Source: Marsupella aquatica (Eukaryota; Plantae; Marchantiophyta). Taken from it: a stretch of DNA of 64,000 nucleotides. Location: positions 2,914,480-2,978,479 of the forward strand of contig OZ316898.1 of NCBI GenBank assembly GCA_973895155.1, written 5' to 3'. The position numbers and the translations under genes are program-made. Below are positions 52,807-64,000 of this stretch, in pieces; position 1 is the stretch's first letter; each line of letters begins with the position of its first letter. The notes beneath the pieces are model-generated. The model was given only the letters and a program-made list of their open reading frames with translations. It was not told the origin of the DNA and made no database searches.

Positions 52807-54199
52807 ATCCGTAACACCTATCAAACACTAAACCACGTTTGATCGCCTCTATTCGTAACACCTATGCAGTCAAGCAATCTTCAATTCGGCATCAACCTCA
52901 CAAACAGAGGAGCTGAGTAATTTTCCAGAAGTACGAACTAGATCAAAATCACCAACCACCCACTTTAATAAAGTGCCAACAGCGGCAAATTGCAGAGAAA
53001 CAAGTCCAGAGAACCAAAGCAAATGCGTCGGCGGCATGAATGCGATCGAGAGCGAGAGAGTGAGAAAGGAAAGGAGAAAGTCTGAGGGAGCAAGCTGTGC
53101 GAACAATTGGGGGCTCAGATTTGGCTAAACATCATCACCACATGCAACCCTCCTACCACCTACGGCGTGCCACACGGAATCGACACTTCAATCCTTCGAA
53201 CGTCATCTCCAGTTTTCTCCGCCCGCCATTTTCCCTCTTCGCCGAATAGCTCTTCGAAGCTCGAAGATATGGAGTTTCTCATCGATACAGTCTGAACGGT
53301 TTCGAAGCTTCGTCCTTCCCCCACTTCTCTGCGTGAGGGGGCGGTTCCATGGCTGGCTGAGGACGGCGGAAAGTATCCTCGCTCCCAAGACTCCACCATC
53401 TCGACCCACCCCAAGAATAGTACCGTAGGTATATATCAACAATGCAAAAAAAACAAGGGAGACCCCAAGACACTATCAAAAAGGCAAGAGACCTGTTTAG
53501 GAGTGTGACACAATACAAACTAGTTAGTCTGAGTAGCCTTATTGACGACAAAAACAAAGATAGTGTACTTCATGTTTGCCTCCATCTGTTTTTTTTTGCC
53601 CTCACTACTATTTTATCTTTATTGAGAGTCACTATTAGTTGTGTCCTTATTTAGAGTCAAGGGTCAGTTTTATTAATCTTTGCTCCCATCCATTTCTTTT
53701 CCATTTTACTTTTTTGGTTTTGTATTATCGAGAGTTATAGGGGCTTCACTAGATAGTGGCCTTGAAAGTAGCTTTGCATTGTGCTTTATTACTAAGATTT
53801 GAGTGGCCATGTCTATTGTGACAAAAATAATTGTAATTGTGTATCTTTCTTTTCTCACCATGAATAGTGAGTATTGTTGGATGGCCCACTGCAAAACCTG
53901 GTGGATCCAGGTTATTAAAATAAGTCCAAAACGTTTACAAAAAAGTAAAAAATTACACTGTTTTGTTCTCCCCAAACCTGATCTCCAGTGGTGGTGTAAA
54001 TGTTTAGACTCATATTTATGACTGTCACACAGTTGCACATGGAAGAGCTACTGGTAACCCATAGCTCTCAGTTTGAGTATGAATGGAAGGATGGGAGGAT
54101 TGTTGGGGTGAGCTTTGGGGAGCAATCTGGGAACAGGTTCAATCTAGAACCCTGGCCCAGGCAGTCCTTATATGCGTGAGTACAGTCCAGAATAAAGTT

Positions 54200-54368
54200 A
54201 ACAGGCAAGACTTTCTGTACATGACATTATGGATATACAGAGGCCTCCAGAAATCCTTAGACACAAGTAAGTTTGATTCATAAAGGAAGAATAAATTTAT
54301 GGGGCAAGGTTTTCTGGACATGACATTATGGATAATTATAGAGAGGCCTCGAGAAACCCTTACACATC
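54200..54368. repeat. ~100-bp imperfect tandem duplication
   Basis: GGCAAG..TTTCTG.ACATGACATTATGGATA...AGAGGCCTC.AGAAA.CCTTA.ACA x2. Confidence 0.75.
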
Positions 54369-55959
54369 CATAACTTTGATTCAGAATGGAAATCTGGGCA
54401 GGTGTCCTATTTGGAACCCTGCTCCAGAACAGCTTAGAAAAGCTTCCAGCCTCCCTCACTTTCTGGTCACACTTTCCTCACTTTCCTCACTAATAGGGTA
54501 ATGCAGGTCTGGGCGCAGGGTTACTAGGCTCCCGCCGGTCACGCCTGTGTCAGAACCCAGTCGCCCCATTACACCCCAGTAATGGTCGACCGAATCATCG
54601 TTACCCTATACGTAACTCCTGCCCGGAAAGAGGTTACAGGCTCAACTTTTCAGGACAGCAGATTATGACTATAGCAGGCCCCTGCAGAAATGGTTACACA
54701 CGAGTAACCTCTTCCCCCCCACGAATTACATTTTGGCTAGTAACCGCCTGTAACCCCCGGTCAGGTCTTGTAACATGGTTATAGGGTAAACCCTAAACCC
54801 CTGACGAGAGCGCCTTTATCCTAGGCATAATCACGTACGTCCTATGATGACATCCATATAAAATGTGAAGAGAGATCCTTTCGTGAAACGAAATTCAGTA
54901 GATGGAATCTTCATTCTGGCTACTCACGTCAATTCTGCTACTCGGTGAATGCCTTGTTCCAATTCGAGGTCGAAAGCGACTGATGTGAACGAACTCTTTC
55001 CTGACGTAGTTGTTTTATGGTCGAAGATGTGGGGAGCGTTACTCTTTGAAGCGCTCAATTGTTGTCGCACTACATTAGAGAACCACCACATTTGCCTCCG
55101 AGTTCAAAACAAGCTGATTTGGGGGAACGCTTTCTCACATCTCCGTTCCATGGTCTATGACGCGCGGTAAGATTTGCATTGAAATGTTCAAATGGCTTTT
55201 GCATCGGCAGCCAATAAATTGTCATTCGGGTTCAGAAGAGGCTGAACCTGGAGCTCAAATCTGGAGACCACAGTAGAGGCAGTATTCGACGTTGATTCTG
55301 GAAAATCGGTCGTGATAGCGTTCATTGACAGTGTTGCAATATCTTGATGAACCAACCTTGATTTGTGATAGACTCAATCACAATCACGGTATACCAATCT
55401 GGATGCTCTTCAGATCAAAGGGCTTACTCTGTAACATGCGTACGCAGCAATAAGGCGGCATTTGTCTCGAGAATGGTATCTTTCAGACATAACAATGAGG
55501 CGGGCAATCATTCCTAGGGACATTGAACTGGGGGCTCATTATATGAGTATTTGCCTGGGCACACCTCAATGAGCTTCTTGAAAACGCAAACAAAAAAAGA
55601 GACCGATCAGGACAATTGATCGATCATTTCCGTCTCGTATCTCCTTACACCCTTCTAAGTCTGTATTTGACTCCCAAGTACTGCGAGAAGTCCCATAAAA
55701 TCGTGCTCCAGCCACTGCTTCTACCTCCTGTTCTCCTCGGAACTAGTTCAGATGTTCTCGTCATTGACTAATATTCTCGTCGAGGTCTCAGGTCCAGTTT
55801 CGGGTCTGCCTGTCTGCCATGTGCTTCACTGACTTGAACTTGGAAGCGTTCATTGCTATGCAGAGTAGGACAGACATTTTGACAAAAGTTTCTGATCCGG
55901 TTATCATTGTGCGAAGGAGAAACTGGCAAATTCCAAACATCAAGCCTGGTATCCTCAAA

Positions 55960-58119
55960 TCAGAAGACGAGCAAATGCGGCTTTACTCCTGATTTGAGAC
56001 TGAACCTGGAGCTCAAGTAAGACTTCAGGTCGGGCACCTTTTCGATGATGGGAATCAGGTGAGCGTCCACATCAATCTGGTCACTCTTCCGCTCCTCAGA
56101 CAATGGTTGCTGCTCTTCTCCCTAAGATTGAGTTCCAACAAAATCTCGTGAGGCTTCGATGAGGTCGTGGCTCACTTCTAAAGGAATTTGATGTTCAACT
56201 ATGCAGGAATGTGCAGTTCCTGAGATATGAGCTCCAAAGCATAAAGAGGACTGATTCCGCTTACCTCGTCCTCGGCTCGGAAGAACGCGCTCTCTCCTTT
56301 CCTCTTCTTCACGACCTCTCGCTTGAAATAAGCATCGCTAAATTTCTCGAGGTCGTAATGCCCAATGGTGATTTTTGTTGAAGTGGAGATGACATACGAC
56401 TGGTTGACTCTTTTCAAAGGGACACCGTTCACCTTGAATGGCCCTGCGGATACAAAATAGAATGCAAACAGATTTTTCATCTCATTCAAAGACGAGCGAA
56501 CGAAATCCTCATAGCAGTCATAGGTCCGGTCGTAAGCGAGTCTAGGCACATCGTTGGACAAAGCAAGAGAGTGAATGGATGAATTCTTCTGTAGATTCCT
56601 GAAAGGACTTAGCCTTCCGAAGGTCCCTCATAACCGGAAATCTTAGCAATCCAGAAGAGCAACAAGGCGCCAGAAACAGGAGAAGAAATCGAGAAGATTT
56701 GAAATGACCGGAGACAAAAATCTGGCTGCAGTCGACAGCAAGAAAAAACAAATAGGACCGCCCGTCTGCTCATTCGATGACGGAAGCAGGAGTAGGAATG
56801 TCCTCATTTTCGTTCTTTTACTTCGAAAGTGCCTTTGGGAGGGATGGATTCAAATCAATTGTTTAAAAGTGGCAGATGGCCAGCAGTAAGGAGTAACCAG
56901 GCAAACTCACTACAGTAGCATTGCATCACAGAGAGAAAGAGAAAGAGAGAAAGAGAGAAAGAGAGCGTACCAGTGACTAGCAGCAGACCAGAATCCATCT
57001 GTTTTAGGAAAACTACCCTCTTGCCCTTGAAGTGTCCGGCTAAGAGGATCAACACAGTCCCGGGAGTAATATTAGGCCTGCACACGAACGAGTTTGCAAG
57101 CTTAGAATGACACATTTTGGCTCCAAGAGGAGTAACCATTGAGACAGAACGGAATAGTATTTTTCGATGTCGCAAGGTCCCGAACGCTTCTCGGCTTGAA
57201 CGGACGAAGGAATGTCTAATCACCCGCTAGAGAGGCATACAAGAGAGTATACACAGGGGCAAGATGCTCAACTGAGCTTGTAAATTTAGCCCGGATGCTC
57301 AGAAAGCAATATGCTAATCTTTTCGCTATCAAGTTCTCTCTTGCGTCTATTGTATGAGCACGCGTACAAATTTCCGGGTGGAGGTTTTCGATTCATATGG
57401 AAGGAGCTGCTGAAATCATACGGACCCAAGTACTATCGAAGTGTCAGACCCTTTGAGAGATAGAAGGCATTTCAACCGAGGGAGAAGAAAACTACTCTCC
57501 AGTCAGCAGCCCGCCAGGATGCTATTCTCTTCTCTCTCTTATAAATGTCATACCTGTATCGACATCGCCTGTAATGAGTCATAGCTTGGAGGGCAAGAAC
57601 TCTCTCAATGTCTACACAAATATCGAGAGAGAGGGATACGCACCGGAGCTTTGGAAAATTGACGACAGAATTCCTGTGCAGGGGCTTCGGGGCGTCGTCT
57701 GCCGGGTAGAACTTGGGATCCTTCTTCGCGGCGACTTGCTTGGGAGCTCGCTTGGGATGAGATGGGAGGTTTCCACCATTCTTAGCCTTGACAGCCCAAA
57801 CTCCTTTCTTGTGATACATTTCGGAGCGCGAGTAGCGTCCAATTCCTCGGACGACCTCATGATTCCTACTTCCTCGACTGAACCGGTTCAATCCCCTCAC
57901 CAAGGGCTTCATCCAAGTCGCTGCAGGAGAGAAGCTCTCTTTCCCGGCTTTCTCCAAGGGATTTTTCTGCTTCTTCTTATCCGCTGCTGCTTGTTCTCGA
58001 GCTTGCTTTTCGGCTCTCAACTTTTTGTTGGACCTCTCTTGCTCGAAGAAGGAGGAAGATAGTGCCTCGAGCACAGAGGCTCTTCGCTCCACCACCTTTG
58101 CTCCCTGTTCCCCAAGCAT
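55960..58119 (-). CDS. RPL6: 60S ribosomal protein L6 (eL6), divergent with N-terminal extension; exons 58119-57644, 57077-56971, 56443-56265, 56121-55960
   Basis: [117 protein letters not shown]. Intron phases are consistent. Confidence 0.93.
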
Positions 58120-60031
58120 GGCTGCAAAAATCAGCTCGCAAACTACAGACTGCAGAATCTCGTAAACACCAACAGTTCTTCCTTGTCAGCAAAATTCAGA
58201 GGATTGATAGTGCTTCTAGACTCGGCTTGAATGCGAGAAGCACTCGTTTAAGTCTCAGGATGAAGGGAGGGCACCCCTGAGAGCAAGGGACACTTCAGGC
58301 GGGCAAGCGTTCAATCCACAGAGCTCAGTAGCTCACTCAGGCGAAATCTTACTGCTACACTGACAGAACAAACTGACAGACAATTTGGGCGGTAAGTTTG
58401 GCGTCATCCTCCAGCACGAAACTTCATCGTCATCCACGAGAAGTCAGCACGTGCCTGAATTGGCCCAGCTTCCGTTACCCACGGTACACAAGTCAGGGAC
58501 CACGGTTTCTCCATTGAGCGCAAAACACATAAACAAGAGTAACGCAAGTGTTTTATTATTATTGCTTGTTTTCTGACCGACTGCAACAACAATTCTCGTA
58601 CCATTGTACTCCCTGGAGAACCACGAGTTATCGCATTGTACAAGCAGAGAAATGCCCGTATACGACCGTATTACAATCGTTCTCGCTAAAGCACCGCGCT
58701 ACAAGTCTGTACTCTTCGCCCCACTTGACAAAGAGGACTACTGGACATGACGAGTTCACGCATTGGGATGTCAGATCCTCGCAAGAATTGATCATAAAAA
58801 GATGCGATTTTCTGGCCCCAATTTCCAGCTTATCTCGCGATGTGTGTATCAAAATGCACTATAGGTTGGTACGTCAAGCTGCCTATCAAATGATCAAGCT
58901 CTATGCCAGAAAGGAGATTAAAAATCCGCGTTTCGGTTTAGCTTGATCAAGAGTATTTTTACCCTCAGACTGCATTATCGACTTGGATTGACAATATAAT
59001 GAACATCAGCTGGCGAGCTTGACAACTAGGCGAGACGTTCCTTTGCGTTTACGAAAACTCATCTCATACACGTTTTACAGAGACCCTCCGTTGCCTAAAA
59101 AGGGAGTCTCTGTACTTATGCAAGGTTATGGCAAGTGTTGTGATAATCACAGATATTGATAGTCCTCGTGATCGTCGTTCGCGCTTCTTACCAAACAAAT
59201 GTCCAGCTCTGTCTCTCTTCGTGAATGTTGACTAAATAGATCAGACTTTGGTTGACATGAGCTCTGGCTATCAAGCGAGTTTGAAACTTTTCGATCTCCT
59301 TCGGAAGAAGGTCTGCTCCGTTAATAGTCTCCATTGTTCGACTTCTACTGTAGTTTTCAGTGCTGGCCTGCTATCGAAATTCAGTGCGAACCATGCGCAG
59401 GCGTGCTTTTATGGGATCGAATTGGATGTCACTGCTTCCGTAGGAGGCTGCAAGTGTGTATGTTGTGCAGGTGACAGTTTGTTCAATGCATACTTCGTCA
59501 CCATAAAAGCCCACTGCAGCAAAGATTGATAATGGCAATCGAGGTCTTCAACATTGAGTTCGCAAGCGCCAAGACCCGTATCGAAGAAGTGGCATTTAAT
59601 CCCCTCTTGATCCCTCCCTCAACTTGGCACAATGTCGTCGATGGATGCTGTTTCTTGGAATAGATTTCTTTCTAATTGCTCGAGGCAAAAAAAGCCTTTG
59701 CTGATGGCTCTCTAAGGTTCCACAGAAAACTTGCACGTGCTCGTTTTCCTATAGATTGATGAGTAAACGAGCTCCAATGCCTTCGTTGCAACCGCTGAAG
59801 TCTTACAAAAAGCAGATGTATCATTAACCAGTCCTAGAGGTGTGGACCGTTAGGCATGTGTGCAAAATTTATTCGGAACTTCTGTGCGGTTATGGCCAGA
59901 TGGCAATGAGCCGACTCAGAAAACAGACAAATTGGAATTCTGAATAGGATGCCTATCACGAATCGTGACATGACAGTAATCAATTATGCTAAAGTACACA
60001 TATTACAGCAAGAGCCTTCCAGCTGAAACGA

Positions 60032-63000
60032 TCATTGCCAGGGCCATTTGAAGCTCCCAGCTGATGCAGTCTCGAGGACTTTTGTTACACCATCTAGCAC
60101 TTCTTGCTCCTCCGATGGCGTAGACTCTGAGACAAGGCTCTCTACAGGCTTGTCCTCTAAGATGCCACTCGGAGGTGACGGTGTAGTTGGTGGCTTCAGA
60201 TCCGGGTACCTGGTGACGGCCAGACGACGGTCAGCGACGACATCGATTTTAAGAGAAGAAATGATCCCAAAGGGAACTGAGAGATGTTCAGAGCAATGCC
60301 AAGCTGGAAGCAGTGGAAAGTATCTGGAGCGAGTGGCCTGCGCAAAAGGCAGCGAGAGAAGAGCTGCATTCGGCTCTGGCAATGGCAATGAGGGTTACGT
60401 AAGACATGGTAGCGTGATCTTTACCTCCAGTATGGGGATAACGGCCTTGACGTTCGTGGCAAATCAGTAGAGCTCAATTGCGGCATAAGCGTGTTTTCTA
60501 CGACTGCTGTTGTCAAGGTTGTAACAGGCTCTGCCATAGGCTCAGGCAGCGGAGCCTCCTCCACCAACTCATTGAATGGCTCTGGCTCCGCCGTGGCTTC
60601 GTCGGCTTTTGAGGGGTTATTTTGTTCTCCCACTGCCGCTTCACTTGTTAGCACAGAACCGTTTCCTTCAACGCTTGAACTCGGAGGTTTAGGGTCGACA
60701 AATCTACAAGGTTCCACCACATCCAGCTCCCGAAGTCAGGACAGTATCACGTCACTGAGACATCCAATTGTAGGGGTCACGATACATGAAACCTCTTTGC
60801 GTAATAATTTGTCTCTGTTATGATCCAGGATGCCTTATTTTGCGAATATTGGATTCTTTCAGTTGGATGACGATCCTAATGAGGCTCCAAATTCTTCGGT
60901 TGAAGAAACAACAATTCAACAACTAATATCCTTCACTAATTCTTCATCTGATTTTCGTACGATGTCTCAGAGTTCATCTCCAGACCGAAGCTGGTCCTTC
61001 CATTGTCTCCTCGCCCAAAAAATCCTCAATAGAATTATTCCCGCACAAACAGAAACTCAACGCGCTCTAGCTGTCGATGAATCTAATCTTTCGATTCTAT
61101 CCTACATCTTGCATAAAGTCGGGCAATTCTTTACACCTTGTTGGCGAAGGGTTGCTCACCCGTTGTTCGAAGCGAGCTCCTCTGTGACCGATTTAGATAC
61201 AGTAACTGGAGCCGAAGGTGTAGGGGAAGACGGAGGCTTGAGGCCTGGATATCTGCACAGTCATGAACATCCAATATTCAGTCGAATGAGGAAAACAGGA
61301 ACGCAAGGTAGAATTGTTCTACTCTTCCAAGTTACAAAATCACCAATGTTTCCGACAGTCTTATATTCACCTGGTGTAAGGAGAAAGCGGTCTATTAGCA
61401 CGAGGGAGCTCGTCCTGGACGCTGGTACTCGAGAAGGAAACCATAGGAGCTTCAGTTGCAGTCTGATTCACGGGCTTTTGCCAGGGCCACAGGAAGGTTG
61501 CTGTTGCTGCTCTAGCTTTCTCCAAAGCGGCCTCCTCACGGGTCTTGGCATCTGCGGCTGCTTGAGCAGCTAACCGCTTCAGTTCTTCTTCTCCTGCTTG
61601 TCCAGCCTTTCCGTTGTCCGGAATTGAAGCTACGGGAGCCTTCTCTACCTCCCCATTTGCAAAATCAACAACCGCTTCAGCTACGTTTTCAAAAGCGTCG
61701 ATGAATTTAATTTCAGCTTCAATTGCTCGAACTTGAAAACCAGGAACTGGCTTCAGTTCTTCTTCACCTGCTTGTCCAGCCTTTCCATCCTCCGGAATTG
61801 AAGCTACGGGAGCCTTCTCCACCTTCCCTTTTGCAATATCAACAACCGCTTCAGCTACGTTTTCAAAAGCGTCGATGGCTTTAATTTCAGCTTCAATCGC
61901 TCGATTTTCAAAACCAGGAGGTGGCGGAGTTGGAGATGTTGGAGGCTTCAAGTCTGGGTACCTGCAGGATCACAATCGCAGCCAGTCAGTACTTCAGAGA
62001 AGATCGTACAATGGCATGGATTCGAGCACAACCAAGCATAAACTGACATATGAAAGGAGCAATCGTGCTGAAGAAACAGTGAAGACATCCACGCAGCTGA
62101 GCTATTTGAACTGCGGAAACTTAGTGTGAGTAATAATCCACACACAGCTGAGCAAATGGAACTAAATGCTTACTTTGCGTAAGGTGACAATGGTGTTGGA
62201 GTTCGGGGCAATTCGTCTGCTGTCTTTTCGACCGTTTCTTCACTCACTTCTGTCTCAGATTCTTTCTGCCATGGCCATCGGAAAGGTTTTGGGGCCTTCT
62301 TTTCGGTAAACACGTCCCCAGACGCTACCACCTGCACTTCCTTTACCTTTTCCTCTTCTGCGGCAATATTGGCTTTGGCTCCGGCCTCTTCCTTAGCCTT
62401 TGCTTCAGTTTGAGTTTCAGCTTTGAGCTTCTCTTCCTCTTCCTTTGCCTTTGCTTCAGCTGCCGCCTTGACCTTTTCTTCCTCTTCCTTCAGCTTTAAC
62501 CGTTCTTCCTCTCCCTTCTTCTCTGCAGCCTCTATCTTTGCACTTTCTTCTGCAGCTGCTTTGGCTTTAGCCGCATCCTTTGCTTTGTCCTCTGCCTCAA
62601 CCTTCGCCTTTTTCTCTGCTTCGGCCTTCGCCTTCCTGTCTGCCTCAGCCTTTGCCGTCAGTTCGGCTTCAGCCTTAGCTGCCCGTTCTGCTTTACCAGC
62701 GACCTCTGCTTCTTCAGCCTTCCGTTTCTCCTTAGCTTCAACCTTCTTAGCTTCTGCTTCTCTGATCGCCTTTATTTCTGCTTCCTTTTTGGCCTTTTCT
62801 TCCGCAGCCTTGGCCTTCGCTTCTGCTACTTTCTTGGCCTGCGCTTCCGCTCTTATTGCGGCAATAATGTCCTTTCTCTCATTGTCGCTTAAGCTGCATA
62901 TCCAAGTTCACTAGTTAGTGCATACTTTTCCAGGCTTGTGCCAGACTAATTACGGTCTTTACAACGAGGAAAACGGTGGAGTTGGCAAGTCTGAATCTGC

Positions 63001-63900
63001 CTGACGGAGAGAAATGAACTCACACTGCCACACAAAGAAGAGAGCAGCTATTCGACAGTTTCAGCTGCTAAAGGTAACAGTACAGAAATTTGTAAGACAA
63101 GAAAACTGCATCATCGTCGTTATCTCCTTATTGACGATTACGCTACGGGTGAGGTATGCGTTGGAGTGTGATAAGAACTGTTTTTAAATTGGATGGTGCA
63201 TTTGTTGAATATGAGTTTTCACTTTGAGGAATAAATGAGTTAAAGTTTGTTTTGATGACAATTGCTCAGCTAATGAGGGCAGTGTGATGAGAGAAGCGAA
63301 GGTCCGAAACATCAGGTAGAATTTAAGTCGTAAAGTTTCATCGTACGGGTAAAGTTTCAGATTGTATAGCGATTACAAATGCGAAAATCAGCCTCAACGA
63401 CAAAGATAAGCTGTTTCCTCACGCACACTCACGTCTTTCCTTCCCGAACGGCTACGAGAACGGCACCCTCGACAGCCTTCGCTTCTTTCGCAGCTTGGGC
63501 AGCTGCTTCGGCTCTGTAACGCAGTTCAGCCACTCTTTTTTCAAGTTCCTGTGTCTCTAACCGTGCCTCCTCTGCACTTTTCTTCGCTTCTTCTTCTCGT
63601 TCCTTAGCTGCAGTATATTCTCTTTGGAGTTTTTCCCGAATGGCTTGTGTCTTTGCTTGTTCTGCCGCGCGCTTCTCCTCAGCTGCTATACGCTCCTGCA
63701 GTATCATTTACTTATAATCAATTCAGGAAGGCGCAGGTACGATTTGCTACCAATCCACTTTACCAATCTTCAACAACTTCTTCCACTTATGAGTCCATTG
63801 CTAAAAAACAACACATTTGTAATCAAAGAGCCCTGGCTATAGTAACCTCTTCCTCCCGCTGTTTTGCTGCTTTCGCTTCATCTCTCTTTGCCAACTTCTC
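60032..63900 (-). CDS. 3' part of a Tic62/TROL-type FNR-tethering chloroplast protein (A/E/K-rich helical stalk plus 3 FNR-binding motifs); 5' end lies beyond the window. Exons 63900-63847, 63695-63433, 62893-62174, 61961-61371, 61252-61160, 60703-60425, 60209-60032
   Basis: Splicing restores LPRTPTPLSPYAK|YPDLKPPTSPTPP, LPRANRPLSPYTR|YPGLKPPSSPTPS and LPRTSRPLSPYWR|YPDLKPPTTPSPP, matching the S/P-rich PLSPY..Y.DLKPP.SP.P FNR-binding motif of Tic62 and TROL. The N-terminal domain (NAD(P)-binding vs rhodanese) is not visible, so no symbol is given. Confidence 0.8.
61577..61917 (-). repeat. Intra-exonic 174-bp (58-aa period) tandem duplication
   Basis: GFENRAIEAEIKAIDAFENVAEAVVDIAKGKVEKAPVASIPEDGKAGQAGEEELK and GFQVRAIEAEIKFIDAFENVAEAVVDFANGEVEKAPVASIPDNGKAGQAGEEELK; CTTCAGTTCTTCTTC occurs at 61577 and 61751. 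Confidence 0.95.
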
Positions 63901-64000
63901 CTGTAATATGGCAACCACAACAGTCTCATAAGGCAAAGCCCGGAAAACAGGTTGCAAAAAATATTTGGCAAAAACGCCGCTCGAGCTCAAAGATAGCAAA

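Noticed and set aside
55242-56017. 17-nt match CTGAACCTGGAGCTCAA between the RPL6 last exon and downstream DNA
   Set aside because: Similarity does not extend on either side, so it is insufficient to call a duplicated exon.
60830-61573. 247-aa plus-strand ORF
   Set aside because: It is antisense to exons and introns of the FNR-motif gene and has no recognisable domain; most likely a shadow ORF.
62423-62914. 163-aa Ser/Ala/Phe-rich plus-strand ORF (likewise 57574-58062, 60048-60470, 60491-60823, 10542-10907)
   Set aside because: Antisense shadows of real minus-strand exons.

Overview
Eukaryotic, intron-rich land-plant nuclear DNA. It has GT-AG introns, TTTAGGG motifs and long spliced 5' leaders; a bryophyte/liverwort-like origin is my inference from overall style only. 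Six spliced protein-coding genes can be assembled by hand: RRP36 (+, 4935-7306); the nodulin homeobox gene NDX (-, 17223-9363); the organellar t6A tRNA threonylcarbamoyltransferase GCP1/OSGEPL1/TsaD (+, 22319-27731); a group-E-like bZIP with polyQ (+, 45942-48014); a divergent, N-terminally extended 60S RPL6/eL6 (-, 58119-55960); and the 3' part of a gene running off the right edge (-, >63900-60032). This last gene encodes an A/E/K-rich helical stalk followed by three Tic62/TROL-type FNR-binding motifs, each split by a phase-2 intron at the same position, so the C-terminal exons are frame-compatible modules. It is the most interesting locus in the window. Intergenic DNA holds a tRNA-headed SINE-like family (two clear copies, one doubtful), a miRNA-like hairpin behind RRP36, many local tandem duplications and unclassifiable decayed repeat/TE-like sequence. 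No rRNA, intact tRNA or CRISPR was seen. Exon coordinates were read by eye and may be off by a few bases.
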